A DNA stretch of 64,000 nucleotides from the NCBI GenBank assembly GCA_964016885.1, contig OZ024741.1:382664001-382728000 (forward strand), read 5' to 3'. Source of the DNA: Eledone cirrhosa. Its lineage: Eukaryota. A model generated the notes under the pieces. That model did not search any database, was not told where the DNA came from, and saw only the letters and a list, made by a program, of their open reading frames with translations. Shown piece by piece: positions 1-15,245 of the stretch (position 1 is its first letter; each line of letters starts with the position of its first letter). The position numbers were made by a program, and so were the translations under genes.

Positions 1-1049
1 AAAACACCCAAAATAAATCCCACATAGGTAAATATAATAACACAACACCAAACCACACTTACTACCATAGTATGCACACCAGTAAACCAACAAACAAAAC
101 TAATAGAAAGCGATGCAAAGAGTACTTATGGTATAACCCCGAATACAATAGCTCCATTAGTACAAATTTACCAGTACTCTTCTTTAAAATAATTAAAAGA
201 CATTTTCCCACATCACACAAATACCACAAAATCCTAAACCCTACCACTATAAGACTGTCATACTCTACAGCGTTAAACCTTGAACAACACATAAAAAAGA
301 TCAATACTAGAAGGTTAAACGAAAACACTAAGAACTTAAGTACAAAGAACCCCAAAAAAACAGTAGACAATACACTACAGAACATAAATAAACCACACCT
401 AAGTTCGTCCGCAATACTACTCCAGAGAAAACCCAACGTACACAACTGTAACTGCACCTATCCTGACAACTGCCCCCTCGGCAATAACTGCCTGGAAAAA
501 AAATATTATTTATAAGTGTACCATTAAATCCGGAGGCAACGAGTGGTATTACGTGGGATCAACGGCAACATCGTTTAAATCTCGATTGTATAGGCATTCT
601 TACTCAATAAAACACCAGAGCCAAAGAAATGTAACAACTTTAGCAGAGAAAGCTTGGACGCTCAGGGATAGCAATCAAAAGTTTACCCTAAAATGGGAAA
701 AATTAGCTAAAACCCAAAGCTTTTCCAGGAGCCAAAATTTCTGCAAATTGTGTAATCTTGAGATTTATTACATAATCACACACAAGAAGAAACTGCTGAA
801 TAACAGAATTGAACGAACATTATTCTGCCGTCACAGAACTAAAACCCTTTTTTTCCCACTACAAGCCGAATATTACATAAAAGAGGGACATCCCCCAACT
901 ATATAAACCTTAATCTAGTTAGAAAAATATAAAAACAATCTCTTTTCAACATATATTAATAACCTTAAATTACCATACTAATAATGAAAAGATATGCTGA
1001 TGAGAATAGGTACAAATATGCGATAATGAATGTGTCTAAAAACGTCCAT

Positions 1050-1151
1050 AAGTATGTGTATATATATGTGAAAATGTATATAAATAAGTAAATATATATA
1101 TATGTTTGATGTGTATAGTTAGATGTAAGTGTATTCATGTATTAAAGTGCT

Positions 1152-1188
<37 letters not shown>

Positions 1189-1211
1189 ATATGTGTGTAT
1201 ATATGTATGTG

Positions 1212-1242
<31 letters not shown>

Positions 1243-1550
1243 GTATATGTATATATGTATATATATGTGTGTATGTATGTATGTGTATATGGATGTGTAT
1301 GTATGTGTATGTGTGTACACATGGACTAGAGTATGTATGTATATATGTGTGTGTCTATACGTGTGTATATATAAAGATAAGTTGAGTATGAAAATGTATA
1401 CACATGAGCGCGTATGTATGTACATGAATACATGTGTGTATATATATGTGTATGCATGTGTATATATATGTAAGTATGAATATGTGAATTGTGAGTATAT
1501 GTATTTTTGTAGAGGTGTGCAAATATATTTGTGTGTGAATGCGTGGGTGA
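1050..1550. repeat. Degenerate TA/TG microsatellite-like tract inside PLE 3' UTR (second copy ~4643-5143)
   Basis: Low-complexity tract with no visible differences between the two tandem copies. Confidence 0.85.
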
Positions 1551-1832
1551 AAGAATACGTACACTTGAAAGAAAAATTTAAGTCTGAATGTTAAGTGCAA
1601 ACACAAAACCAACCACGCATATCTTTACTATCTCTAATCCTTCTATAGATTTAGAAAAATAACCAATAATATATTCTATAAAAATGTCAAAACAACAGAT
1701 GGGAATCTAATTAATCACTGCCACCAAGAATTCTCACTGCTATCGAAAAACCACTCCTTCAACTATTCTTCTAACAACTTCACCCCTTCCTCCTAATATT
1801 CTCTATAAAAACTAAATAGGTCCTCAGTAATA

Positions 1833-1949
1833 TTATTCTGATGAAATGACAGTAAATAATAACATTGAAATATTGAATGTCTGCATAACTAAAAGTTTGT
1901 AGATAGCTGTTTTAGGTTATGTAACTGTTATAGAAACACGTGTCAATAA
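1833..1949 (+). ncRNA. Type I hammerhead ribozyme with 70-nt loop II and palindromic stem III
   Basis: TTATT-CTGATGA(1838-1844)-A-ATGACAGT..70 nt..ACTGTTAT-A-GAAAC-ACGT-GTC-AATAA; predicted cut after 1944. Confidence 0.8.
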
Positions 1950-2153
1950 ATTCCTTTCAACTAAACTGTATCCATTCAAATCTTTCTATTTTTCTCCGGA
2001 TTACTTTTGGAACTACAACTGGAACCGTCGAGCAAACTCTACGTGAGCTGATAATCTACTGTGTGTAATATTTATATTACAACACAACGGAAAATACTGT
2101 ATATTTACCTCCTGTAAAGTCGAGCAACCCACACAGCAAACGCAACCACAACA

Positions 2154-4473
2154 ATGGAAAAACACTACCTGGATATGTCACTCAAAAACATACCCACCCA
2201 AGGTAGAAAGGAATATTTATTGAGCATGATTCAAAAAACTAATGAATTCATTCGACGTGTCAGGTAGAAAACGCTCCACTATGATAGAAGCCGTATGAAC
2301 TCAACATTAGAAAGTGGTGTAAACAAAAAATTCGGTTTTAGGACTTGTAAAAACCCACCCACCAACCCACTATTAGATGCATTTGAGCAGGACCTTATGA
2401 ACTTAATCCAAAATTAAATTCAAAGGACGCAACACCAACAGCAAATTACAGAAAGATATAAAAAAACTACTGGACGACCTTAAAAACACCAAAGGAATTG
2501 TAGTAAAAGCGGACAAAACATCAAACCTGTACACTATGGATTGCACTACATACAACAACTTCATTCGAAAAGAATTACATAAAAAATATAGAAAAACGAG
2601 TGAAGTAACCCTTAAGCACATCAATGATGAGGCATGCGAAATAGTGAAAAATCTCGGAATCGAAGATAGGACAGGACCACTCTTACCGGCGGTACCCACT
2701 TTCAATCTTAAGGACCACAAGGTAAACTTTGATAATGACCCTAAAATTAGATTAATCTGCCCCTCTAAATCAGATATAGGTAAAATAAGCAAATATATCT
2801 TAGATAGAATCATCCCCCAAATTAAGGCTAAGGTTAACATTAAACTCTGGGGGAAGACCCAAGAAGCAATAAGATGGTTTAATAGCATTAGCAATAAGAA
2901 TAAATCTAAGTTTATCCAGTTTGATATCGATGAATATTACTCATCGATATCACCTGAAACTTTGAATAGAGCCATTAAGTTTGCTAAGGATAACTCCGAC
3001 CTTACAAACGATGAAATTAAGATTATATTAGAAGCTAGGAAAACTATAGTCAAATTTGAGAACAGTTATTGGGTACGTAAAGATAGACCCTCTAACTTTG
3101 ACATAACAATGGGCTCTAACGATTCGGCGGAAATAACTGATATTGTGGGGTTATTTATCGCCTTTAGACTCCAGGAAAAATTCAGCAATCTCCACGGCGG
3201 AATATACCGCGACGATGTTCTCCTCCTAGCTAAAAACCTTAATAACCAAAAACTAGAAAAACTACGCAAAGATATAAGAAAACTACTACTCGAAATAGGA
3301 CTAACTATAACATATGAATACAACCTTAAAGTAGTTAACTTCCTGGATGTCACACTCAATTTAAACTCTGGTTTGATTAAACCGTTTCATAAATTGAATG
3401 AAAATCTCAAATACGTAAATGTTGGGTCTAACCACCCCATCTCTATAATTAAATCTATCCCTAAAAATATTTCCCTTAGAATCTCGGGTCTATCTTCTAA
3501 CATACAAGTATTTAAGGAACACGCCGAGTACTACGATAACGCCCTTAGTAAAGCAGGCTACCTCAACAAAATAGAGTACATAGATGGGAACAATCAAAAC
3601 ACCCAAAATAAATCCCACATAGGTAAATATAATAACACAACACCAAACCACACTTACTACCATAGTATGCACACCAGTAAACCAACAAACAAAACTAATA
3701 GAAAGCGATGCAAAGAGTACTTATGGTATAACCCCGAATACAATAGCTCCATTAGTACAAATTTACCAGTACTCTTCTTTAAAATAATTAAAAGACATTT
3801 TCCCACATCACACAAATACCACAAAATCCTAAACCCTACCACTATAAGACTGTCATACTCTACAGCGTTAAACCTTGAACAACACATAAAAAAGATCAAT
3901 ACTAGAAGGTTAAACGAAAACACTAAGAACTTAAGTACAAAGAACCCCAAAAAAACAGTAGACAATACACTACAGAACATAAATAAACCACACCTAAGTT
4001 CGTCCGCAATACTACTCCAGAGAAAACCCAACGTACACAACTGTAACTGCACCTATCCTGACAACTGCCCCCTCGGCAATAACTGCCTGGAAAAAAATAT
4101 TATTTATAAGTGTACCATTAAATCCGGAGGCAACGAGTGGTATTACGTGGGATCAACGGCAACATCGTTTAAATCTCGATTGTATAGGCATTCTTACTCA
4201 ATAAAACACCAGAGCCAAAGAAATGTAACAACTTTAGCAGAGAAAGCTTGGACGCTCAGGGATAGCAATCAAAAGTTTACCCTAAAATGGGAAAAATTAG
4301 CTAAAACCCAAAGCTTTTCCAGGAGCCAAAATTTCTGCAAATTGTGTAATCTTGAGATTTATTACATAATCACACACAAGAAGAAACTGCTGAATAACAG
4401 AATTGAACGAACATTATTCTGCCGTCACAGAACTAAAACCCTTTTTTCCCACTACAAGCCGAATATTACATAA
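2154..4473 (+). pseudogene. PLE polyprotein (RT + GIY-YIG endonuclease); 645-aa open part 2536..4473, N-terminus disrupted
   Basis: ATG 2154 MEKHYLDMSLKNIP..FIRRVR*K (TAG 2265-2267 where Trp expected), FGFRT..FEQDL, frameshift near 2410-2415, then KADKTSNLY, QFDIDEYYSSI, MGS, YRDD, FLDV, IIYKC..YVGST. Confidence 0.92.
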
Positions 4474-4744
4474 AAGAGGGACATCCCCCAACTATATAAA
4501 CCTTAATCTAGTTAGAAAAATATAAAAACAATCTCTTTTCAACATATATTAATAACCTTAAATTACCATACTAATAATGAAAAGATATGCTGATGAGAAT
4601 AGGTACAAATATGCGATAATGAATGTGTCTAAAAACGTCCATAAGTATGTGTATATATATGTGAAAATGTATATAAATAAGTAAATATATATATATGTTT
4701 GATGTGTATAGTTAGATGTAAGTGTATTCATGTATTAAAGTGCT

Positions 4745-4781
<37 letters not shown>

Positions 4782-4804
4782 ATATGTGTGTATATATGTA
4801 TGTG

Positions 4805-4835
<31 letters not shown>

Positions 4836-5425
4836 GTATATGTATATATGTATATATATGTGTGTATGTATGTATGTGTATATGGATGTGTATGTATGTG
4901 TATGTGTGTACACATGGACTAGAGTATGTATGTATATATGTGTGTGTCTATACGTGTGTATATATAAAGATAAGTTGAGTATGAAAATGTATACACATGA
5001 GCGCGTATGTATGTACATGAATACATGTGTGTATATATATGTGTATGCATGTGTATATATATGTAAGTATGAATATGTGAATTGTGAGTATATGTATTTT
5101 TGTAGAGGTGTGCAAATATATTTGTGTGTGAATGCGTGGGTGAAAGAATACGTACACTTGAAAGAAAAATTTAAGTCTGAATGTTAAGTGCAAACACAAA
5201 ACCAACCACGCATATCTTTACTATCTCTAATCCTTCTATAGATTTAGAAAAATAACCAATAATATATTCTATAAAAATGTCAAAACAACAGATGGGAATC
5301 TAATTAATCACTGCCACCAAGAATTCTCACTGCTATCGAAAAACCACTCCTTCAACTATTCTTCTAACAACTTCACCCCTTCCTCCTAATATTCTCTATA
5401 AAAACTAAATAGGTCCTCAGTAATA

Positions 5426-5542
5426 TTATTCTGATGAAATGACAGTAAATAATAACATTGAAATATTGAATGTCTGCATAACTAAAAGTTTGTAGATAGC
5501 TGTTTTAGGTTATGTAACTGTTATAGAAACACGTGTCAATAA
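5426..5542 (+). ncRNA. Type I hammerhead ribozyme, identical copy of 1833-1949
   Basis: Same sequence at offset 3593; CTGATGA at 5431, predicted cut after 5537. Confidence 0.8.
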
Positions 5543-5576
5543 ATTCCTTTCAACTAAACTGTATCCATTCAAATCT

Positions 5577-5680
<104 letters not shown>

Positions 5681-5763
5681 TATATACTATATATAGAGTT
5701 ATAAACTCAAGCAGTCTTTTACAATTAAATAGCTCATAGAAAGAGATATTTCTGAGCCGTGTA

Positions 5764-6061
<298 letters not shown>

Positions 6062-6072
6062 CATATATAATA

Positions 6073-6250
6073 AGGTGTATTTGGGAGCCCCTACATGGAC
6101 ACACTAGAAGAGGAAGACCAAGGTTAACATATGTTGATGCCCTAAGGATAGACACTGGTCTGTTGGAGATGCAGGATATGGCAGCGATAATGAGGGACAG
6201 AGACCGCTGGAGAGAACTCCTCCATGGATCTCGGGAATTTTACCCGCCTT

Positions 6251-6252
<2 letters not shown>
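6073..6252 (+). mobile_element. 3' fragment of an RTE-like LINE ORF
   Basis: [29 protein letters not shown] matches the RGRP..DR..WR C-terminus of RTE-type ORFs; flanked by (TA)n. Confidence 0.75.
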
Positions 6253-6303
<51 letters not shown>

Positions 6304-6462
6304 TATAAATTAGCGAGAATGGTTTTCAGCTCAGGAATTAACGAAAATCAACGTCCGATATGTGTGGCAAGCGCTCGATGAATCCATATATATATATATA
6401 TATATGTATGTAGTAAGGTGTATTATTGGTTGTGTCATACAGTCCAATAAAATGTTTGTTAG

Positions 6463-6531
<69 letters not shown>

Positions 6532-6576
6532 TATATATATAAAAAAATAAAATGTCGCTCTACATGGCTGAATACA

Positions 6577-6790
6577 ATAAATGTAATCTGAGTTTTTCGA
6601 ATAATAATAATAACATTTGATTCGTTTGCAATTATGGAAACAAGCCTCAATATTATGTTCGCATGCCAACTCAAGAGCAAGAAAGAAGTGTTCATTCTAC
6701 TGACATGGCTATGAAATTGAGGCTTGTTTGCATAATTGCAAATGAATCGAATGTTATTATTAATATTCGAAAAACTCAGATTACATTTAT
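6577..6790. repeat. Imperfect inverted repeat, ~75-bp arms, 64-bp spacer
   Basis: 6577-6651 is reverse-complementary to 6716-6790 with a few mismatches. Confidence 0.85.
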
Positions 6791-6819
6791 CATAAATATA
6801 TACATATATACATATATAC

Positions 6820-6905
<86 letters not shown>

Positions 6906-6949
6906 CCAAATCTGCTATCAAATACGCGTATGTCTTTCTCCTCTCTTCA

Positions 6950-7145
6950 GTGAGGTGCATCCTCTCGAGATGAAGAGAATACTTTGCTAATCTCCTAAGC
7001 CCGATCACAACAGTATATTCTGATGGACACCTGGTGCACCTGGGAGCGGTGACTAATCTCTCAGACATAATAATCTTCACAAGAGCAGTGAAAGAGCTCA
7101 ACCATGTGGCAAGGCAGCAGGGGAGGATGAAATCCAGCAAAAGGT
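6950..7145 (+). mobile_element. Possible degraded LINE RT fragment
   Basis: RAVKELN..KAAGEDEIQ across a frameshift resembles the KAxGxDxI motif preceding LINE RT domains. Confidence 0.35.
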
Positions 7146-8494
7146 ATTAACAAAATTAAATCGAGATGTTATTTTCTGGCTGACACGTGTGTACCGGTTG
7201 GGCTGGATCGCTGGAAAGGCATTGTCTTCAAGAAAACGGATTTAGTATTGAAAGATGCAATTCCTGATATATACATACGAAATTGTGAATGGATCATCTT
7301 CGATCAGCATATTGCTTTATTCTCGACTAGTTAGAGAAATCGAATATATTTTATGAATAGCTGTGTGCCACTGTTATATGTATATCATTTGAAAGTTCAT
7401 TGATTATGAAGCTGAGGAATATCAAACTCTAAGATTTAAAAGGTCCAATACGTGGGACGTGTGTGGGTCCTGATTTTACCAGTTATAAAGCTATCCTGCA
7501 ATAAAGCTGATAATTTGCTATTCATCAAAATGAATAGTAAATGTGATCTGGGATTTAAAACAAAATGTAGTGGGACGAATTTTCCGTTCCAAATATTATT
7601 TAACTCCGATATGAACTTTTGGGAATAATCTGTTTATGTTTTTTAAGTTTTTATCAAATTCATTTTTTTTTTATTTTTTATTATATTTAAAATCATGGAT
7701 GAATTGGAATAAATTGGACTACATTATTAAAACAGTGATAACAAGTCAAAGTTCAAATTTATCTCACTTTTAAAAAATAGCAGATATTTTCAAGAAAAGG
7801 TTTTAAAAAGTTTTAATCCAAATCAATAAACAAATTATATATTAATGTAAAATCGATGATAATTTCTTTTATCATCACACATTACAAAATAACTTTTCAC
7901 AAATGCATTTCATCGAGTTTATATCCATCTTCTTTCGCAACATTTTAAGCACTTTGTTACCTGGATTTATGAATTGACATACTTCATATTTTCTTTATTT
8001 TCGTCTGTAGCTTCTGATTATATATCAACATCAACATTTGTTACCTGATCCACCCCTGTTCATTTAACATCCCGCTCAAACACATTTTCTATGATTTCCA
8101 ATTTGGATGTGTTGTTCTCCATTTCAGTTACAAATGCTTTATGCCAATATGTGATACATCTATTTTTGTATACACCCTACAACAAAGCCAATTTTTTGCA
8201 CGTTCTGTTACGCGTGATAGTTTTTTCACATGTCACGTCACCCTTCACGCTACAATGGTTTGTCAAATCTGCCCTTTCTGATATTATGAAGAAAACATAA
8301 TTTCTCTTGTTCTGTTGTGAGAATTAATTACTGTTATAATCACAGCCACCCTTCCACTACAATAGGTCTTTAAAACAAGCTGATGTTGGTTTCACTAACG
8401 TTCGTATTACGAACGTTTTTAAATGTATATAAAATTGGATACATACTTTTCCGCTATTCATCTTGAAATGAACATAACAGCAATATTAAAATAC

Positions 8495-8542
8495 GTGTCC
8501 CTGTCACATGCGGCTCACTAGGCCACATGTTTGAGAACCCTG
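8495..8542. mobile_element. Possible single terminus of a hAT-type DNA transposon relic
   Basis: GGCCACATGTTTGAGAACCCTG resembles a CAGGG(T)TTCTCAAAC-type TIR; partner end not found. Confidence 0.25.
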
Positions 8543-11500
8543 GTTTAAGTAAATTCAGTTCACATAAACTATAAGTTGAATAAATTTGTTTTCACGAAGC
8601 CAGCGATTGTAACCAAGGTGGCCCACCCACACTCTTTCGTTTTAAATAACTAGTATCGAAACAAAGGATACATGATTACTACTGATTTGAAATCAAATGT
8701 AAGGAGATGATATTTTTCTTTTTCAGAGAGGTTATTTGATGGTAGTAATCTGTAAAAATTAGTTTTATAGGGATATGTTGTTTGTCTACGATGCAGTATA
8801 AGCGAATAATCTACAGAGCATTAATAACATATTCCATATTGTTTGTAAATTTATTAGAACCGTAGTCCAGTACTGTAGAATGAAAATCATGTTGTTTAGG
8901 TCACTTTATTAGTTATAATTATTATTTATACAAAGTTTTCAAAAGCAATGTTAAAATCTGATATTTTTAATGCTGCATTGTAATTACATAGAATTTAAAT
9001 CCCGAAACATGTAATAGCATGTATGGTTCCCAAGTGTGTTAACATTTCCAGACTTTTGTGATGCTGTTATTTCTTAAGCTTAATCAAAATAGATCATTTA
9101 GTCCCCACATAAATACTTCAATTGCACATTTTCCATCATCCATAACGTTAGGATTACATTATTTAAAACAGCAACATATAATTCCTCCCGGTCAATTGAC
9201 AAATTGACGGAATTTGGATGACATTTTTAATATCTACTGCAATTCAATTACTTCTGCATTAAATTTGGTAATTTTAATAGAAATATTGGATTCGCGTTCT
9301 TAAAATGATAGAAGCTAGATTTCATTGACCAAATTATTTCGTTTATGAATTATTATTATCATATTAATTTTCCAGCTATTAGTGCACACACATATATTGC
9401 GCAAGGCTACAATGATTGTGACAGGGAGAGTGAGTGACTTATTTTTACCCTTTTCATATGATATTGAATGCCAAATACCAAAAACGAATTAACTACCAAT
9501 TGTATCTCTTCCTTTACAACACTTTTCATATTTACAGGATAATTAACGTTTCATTTGACTAAATGCAAAATTATTATATATCAGGAAGAAATCGAATCTT
9601 ATGATAATTAACTATTTATTGATGTAAATGACGTTTAATTTAATTTGTTTAATCACTAAAACCTAAATTGAGGTGAAGCATTTGATACCCGAAGATATAC
9701 TTACTGACAATATACCAGCAACATTACAAACTGAAGAACTTATATATTATTCAAATAATATACAAGCAATCTTAATCTTTAACACGAAAGATAAATACGA
9801 ATATAAATTTCCAGATTTTGGCCTTGGGAAATCGACAAATATTTTATAAACAGATCAATATATATATATTTATTTTTACTAGATACCACAATAAGTGTCT
9901 TGTTTTACTTTGGTGAATATCTGTAATAAATATCAAATAAATATCAAAATACTATCCATTGATCACACATATTTTACATACTTGATGCCAACGTTATTTA
10001 CTATATCATCGTTCCTTTTAGGAATGACATCAATTGTTATGAAATCATGTTTCTTTAGTCGAATATTTGCAATAAATTGTTATTTCATTTTCTCTCCAGT
10101 TACTTTACCATTTTTGTTTATATCTGATACCTATAAAGATTAGTATTACTGGAGTGCTCCAAAAAATAAGAAAAAGACTAATATATCCATATGTGTTGTA
10201 CTTAATAAACATATAGAAACAAAACAGGTGACTCACAAAACAAAACATGCCTTAATAAGTGTTTATGGAAAATATCTATGGCAAATACCTAAAGCTAATC
10301 TGCCTCCAAATGTAAACACTAATATACAAAAGGATTAAATAGTGACTGTTAAAATATATTTCATCATCGACCTGCTTCGTTTGATTTTAACCAATGTTAT
10401 ACAACAATAAAAGTGATAACCATATAATTTCAAATTAACATGAATAAATAAATATTAGTCTTAATTAAATACACAGGATGTATATTCCCGAATGCTGCAA
10501 TTTAGTCGAGGTCTCATTACTTGCAGCTTATTATACAGTAACAATTACCAAAACATCTAAAAGTACTTGAGCTTGTAGGATTGGCTTATAGTATGACTAA
10601 TTATATTACCAAACTTAAATTCATCGCGGGAAATTGTTAGAAACTTATTTAGTTTTGGTTATCAATTTCAATTTGAAATGTATCTATTTACATTGAATGA
10701 GCGGATATTAAGGTGGCAGATGACGTCTGATGTAAACAAAATGGTACACTAATAAGTATTTTCTTTGCAAAAGAAAATATTTAGGCTAATTAAAACATAA
10801 ATGATTCACATGCAACCATCTCTTGTTACGTTAAATGGACAATTGTGGTGAAAGTATCATTAAATCATTAACTCGCTTTTATACATGTATTAAATAATTG
10901 GACAATTTAATTCAGATGACAGAGAAGCCCCAAGCACCGTAATAGTTGTTTCATACACCATACAAATATCACTACACTGTTGATTGAAATGCTTGATATA
11001 GCAGTCACATCACACTTACTGCATTAGAAATATAAATAATGTAGACATGGATACAAAATGGCTGCATTATAAATCGTTGGTCACAACTGAAATGTATTTA
11101 ATTATACGTTTGCATTATCACATTTCATCTGAGATAAAGCCACAGCAACTTTTATGTTTTTTTTTTACTTTGAAATGTACAGTAATAACTGCAGGGATGA
11201 GATTCCACCTCACTACTATGGAGTGGTTGTTTATATAAGAGTGACAGATTACTAGGATTTTAAGTACATCAACATATTATGATTATACCTATATGACAAC
11301 AGCTATGAGAGGTTTGCTGATTAGTAACAGGTGTTAGCATTTTATTAACGAATGGCTGAATGCATTTCCGTTATGGCTCTAGATGGTATAGCATCTGACT
11401 TATCGAGCGCGATTCTCAACAATAATAATACTAGAGATTGGTGCACGGCTGAGACATACACCTGCCAGAATATGCTGTTATTCGAACCATCCTTAATACC

Positions 11501-13022
11501 ATCTAGAATGCAGTCATTTCCTGTTTACCCTTTGCTAATTGCCTACATATCTATAAGACTGTCAGCAATAATTAACACCGAAAGCATATTTTCATTTGTC
11601 TGCATGATTACTTAATTAATTAATTGATTAGTTGATTAGTACATTACCTATGTACCATTGAGTGGCTTTTAAGGTTCTTTTATATAAAGAATTAACTAAT
11701 TTATGATTAAGCTGGGATCGTTCAAATAATATATCACTCAAACTTGAATATATTTTTATGAGAGTTATATGATGGAAAGTGATTCCATCACCTGGCAGTC
11801 AGACATACATGAAGCATTGCAAATTCTATAGAGGCACACATATATAAATATAGTTTGATAGTATTTCCATTCTATGCAGAAGGAATAAAGCCAATATGAA
11901 ATAAAAAAGTGTTTAGGAATAAGAGAAAAGCAATAGAGGCAACTAATGATGTACTGTATGAATGTTCCTATAGAGCTTTAAACTGTTTCAAAAACAAATG
12001 TTGATAACATTAGAAGAAGCCACTAAAATGTCACTCCATTGTCGTAGGTTTGTCGCTTTATTAAACCTGAAAGAACGATTCTTTATTAACAAGTGTAAAG
12101 CTTTAGTAGAGAATATTGATGTTCATATTGTCATATATTGCATTTTTCTTGCCTGATGTGTATACAATTCCTAATAAGAAAGTATTCCTTACATAGTTTT
12201 CAGAAATTTAGTAATGTGGGATTGCCAGAACAAGCATTTCAGATAACTACGAGAGAATGTTTTAATTATAACATTATTTGTCATCTTTCAAATCGAAACC
12301 TCTTTCTTATTCTCCAAAAGGCAGAATCTCCGATGTGCAAAATAGCGTTCTACACATACAAAAAAGATAAACTGACGAAAAAAGAAAGATGAGTTTAAAC
12401 ACACTGACTGAATTTGTATTTCAAACAAGAAAAATAAATATTGAAACTAATCGTGGCAATGTTTTATCATAGATTTCATTAAATTATTTCTATCGCCGTT
12501 TCTTCACTAAAATATGTATAAATGCACAAGTGCTTTGCACCGAAGATACAAGTAATCTATTATATATGCAATCAGTTACAATATTTAATGTCGATCATTA
12601 CTTTTTAGTAGAAGTGGTGATCGTAGATCTCCATTGTTATTAGAAATATATTAGTCATTATAATTACTTTATCTCTTTGCCCAAATAACATTACGCGGCA
12701 AACACCAACAATGATTTCCCCAGAGTTATATACAATGTATATGTTAGAAATAGTATACACACTAAACAATGGGTTGTACAAATGTTTTAGCCTGTTGTGG
12801 AGCAATTGTAAATAGAAATTTATTATCTAATTGATTCCATAGCAATACAAAATACATATATATCAGAATACAGAATTGTGCACAAATGTCAGTCTGAATT
12901 AGCAGCGTATATCTTGGCATCGTCTTTAATAATTTTAATTATGCATTTTTCTTTATACTAAAAACCTTATCTATCTATCTATCTAACTCTGTAAATGTTA
13001 TATATAGACTTATACAGGACAG

Positions 13023-13058
<36 letters not shown>

Positions 13059-13331
13059 TAAACGGAATAGAAAATGCTGACAAATTGTTCACAGTTGAAA
13101 AATGGTTTAATTAGGAATAAAAGAGTATTAGTGATTGTATGGGTTAGTATTCAGTTGTGGTTTTAAGTTTTTAAGTTTTTACCGGTTGCGCATTTCTAAA
13201 TGCTTTTCAAAAATAATTTTGAGATAGAGTGTCCGTGCTGTTTGCTCTAATCTGATTAGTTTTGGGAATTCTACCTGTTTTTATGTTAAAAAAATGGATC
13301 CAGCGTTATTTTTGTGTTGCAAAAATGCTTG

Positions 13332-13510
13332 TGGTCAAAACAATTTTGATTGGTCGGTAGAGGTCATGTGAATGTAAAAAGTTGATTTTGCGCCAAGACT
13401 GTTTCTATGTTAAAATGTTAGAAAAGTGGGTCCAGCAAAAATTATTGGTCAAAACAATTTTGATTGGTCGGTAGAGGTCATGTGGATAAAAAATTGGTTT
13501 TGCGCCAAGA
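13332..13510. repeat. Diverged duplication (~114-bp offset) in PLE 3' UTR
   Basis: TGGTCAAAACAATTTTGATTGGTCGGTAGAGGTCATGTG..TTTTGCGCCAAGA occurs at ~13332 and ~13446. Confidence 0.8.
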
Positions 13511-13535
13511 TTGAGAAATGACTCTTTCACAACAA

Positions 13536-13641
<106 letters not shown>

Positions 13642-14232
13642 TAGTAGTAGTAAGGTGTTCGATGCTGCGACAATAGCCACCAGCGATGTGTGTCAAATGG
13701 CTATTAAGATAAGTGTGTGTGTGTGTGTGTGCGTACATACACACAGCAGAGTCATTCGAAGGTCAAAAGATATTTTTCAGCTTTTGTCTTATACGGAGAA
13801 GTGCGTGTGTGTGTGTGTGTGTGTATAAGTCTCTTTGTATGTTGATGTACGCGTGTGTATGTGTTTGTGTATATATGTGTGTGTGCGTGTGTGGGTGGAC
13901 CAGTATTTTTTTCCCCCCTGGTAAAATGGTGTACATTATTCGATTTTTTCAGTAAAATCGGTTCTCTTAATAGAACATCAACAATCTTAACAATAAAAGG
14001 TGTGAAATGATATTCACTATATATATATATACACACACACACACATATATATTTTCACTACATATATATATATATATATATATACATATATACATACATA
14101 TATATGCACATATATTTTTTTGTATTGCACCATAGAGCATGTGTGTTTACGTGTGTCATTGTGTTTATATGTGGGTAGAGATGTGTGCTGATGTAGGTAT
14201 GTATGTTGACGTGTGTATGTTGTGGGTTCGTC

Positions 14233-14985
14233 TTAGGGAGAAGTGTTTAGACGGGGTCCGTATTTGTTAATGAAGTAAGATTCCTTGCTGATGCGCTGGG
14301 TGTGGGTGGCATTATCTTTAAATTTGTAGAGGGGAAAGATTCTGAAGTTGGGATGATTTTGGGCGGCGCAGGTATCAATGTGTTCACTCAGTGGTATTTT
14401 CCTGTATTCCCGTATTTTAATTTGGGATCTATGGACAGTCATGCGTTGGCGGAGGCTGTTTTTGGTCTGGCCTATGTATTGTTCTCGACAACCTGAACAA
14501 GTTAATACATATATTAAATTTTCCGATGCACATGTGAAATTGTGTTTTACTATAAAACGTTGTCCATCTTTGAAATAGAATTCCGAACCCTCTATTAGAT
14601 TGATGCAAATGCCACAGTTGGGTCTATCGCATTTTTTTACTGTGGGTTTCGTTGTTGTGGTTGGCAGTACTTTGGCATGTGTTAAGATGTTTTTCATTGA
14701 CTTGGATTGTCTTTTGCTCTTTATGATATCGTGTGTTCGTAGAATTTGGTTCATTCTATGGTCCTTTTTCAATACAGGGATGTTCTGGAGGATGGTGTCA
14801 AAGGCCTCGTTGTTGAGGGGGTTGTGTGTGGAGATGTATGGAAGAGCTTTTAGTTTTGGTTGATTTACTTTAGGGTGTCTAAGGTCCTGGGTACTGAGTT
14901 TTAGGGCACGTTGGATTCCATTGTCAATTAGTGATGCAGGGTAGTCCCTGCCTATGAGTGTGTCCTTTAGTTCTTGTAGCCGTAA
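14233..14985 (-). pseudogene. PLE C-terminal fragment: RT thumb, Cys finger, GIY-YIG endonuclease
   Basis: LIGRDYP, CDRPNCGIC, NLIYVLTCSGCREQYIGQT..LRQRMTVH, ESYFI..PRLN; the first codons of the track ORF come from the inverted repeat. Confidence 0.9.
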
Positions 14986-15189
14986 GTAGCAGATGTTTTT
15001 GAAAAGCATTTAGAAATGCGCAACCGGTAAAAACTTAAAAACTTAAAACCACAACTGAATACTAACCCATACAATCACTAATACTCTTTTATTCCTAATT
15101 AAACCATTTTTCAACTGTGAACAATTTGTCAGCATTTTCTATTCCGTTTACCAATATATAATAACTTGTGTGTTACACCTCTATTCTTT

Positions 15190-15241
<52 letters not shown>

Positions 15242-15245
<4 letters not shown>

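Larger units (their letters stand above)
1..1989 (+). mobile_element. Penelope-like element (Naiad-type), upstream tandem copy, cut by window edge
   Basis: Matches 3596-5582 except two 1-nt homopolymer indels (near 500 and 850) that split the ORF into 72..515 and 553..906; encodes RT thumb WYNPEY, CNC..CPL..CL and GIY-YIG end. Confidence 0.92.

Noticed and set aside
997-1050. CTGATGA in early PLE 3' UTR as an extra hammerhead
   Set aside because: No paired stem II followed by GAAA and NUH found
2043-2136. Possible 5' UTR intron in the PLE (GTGAG at 2043, AG at 2119 or 2136)
   Set aside because: Signals are weak and cannot be supported without RNA-seq
7150-13000. Host exons, including ORF 11352..11615 and an open minus-strand frame near 11350-11520
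   Set aside because: No recognisable domain or consistent splice structure; needs RNA-seq or homology search
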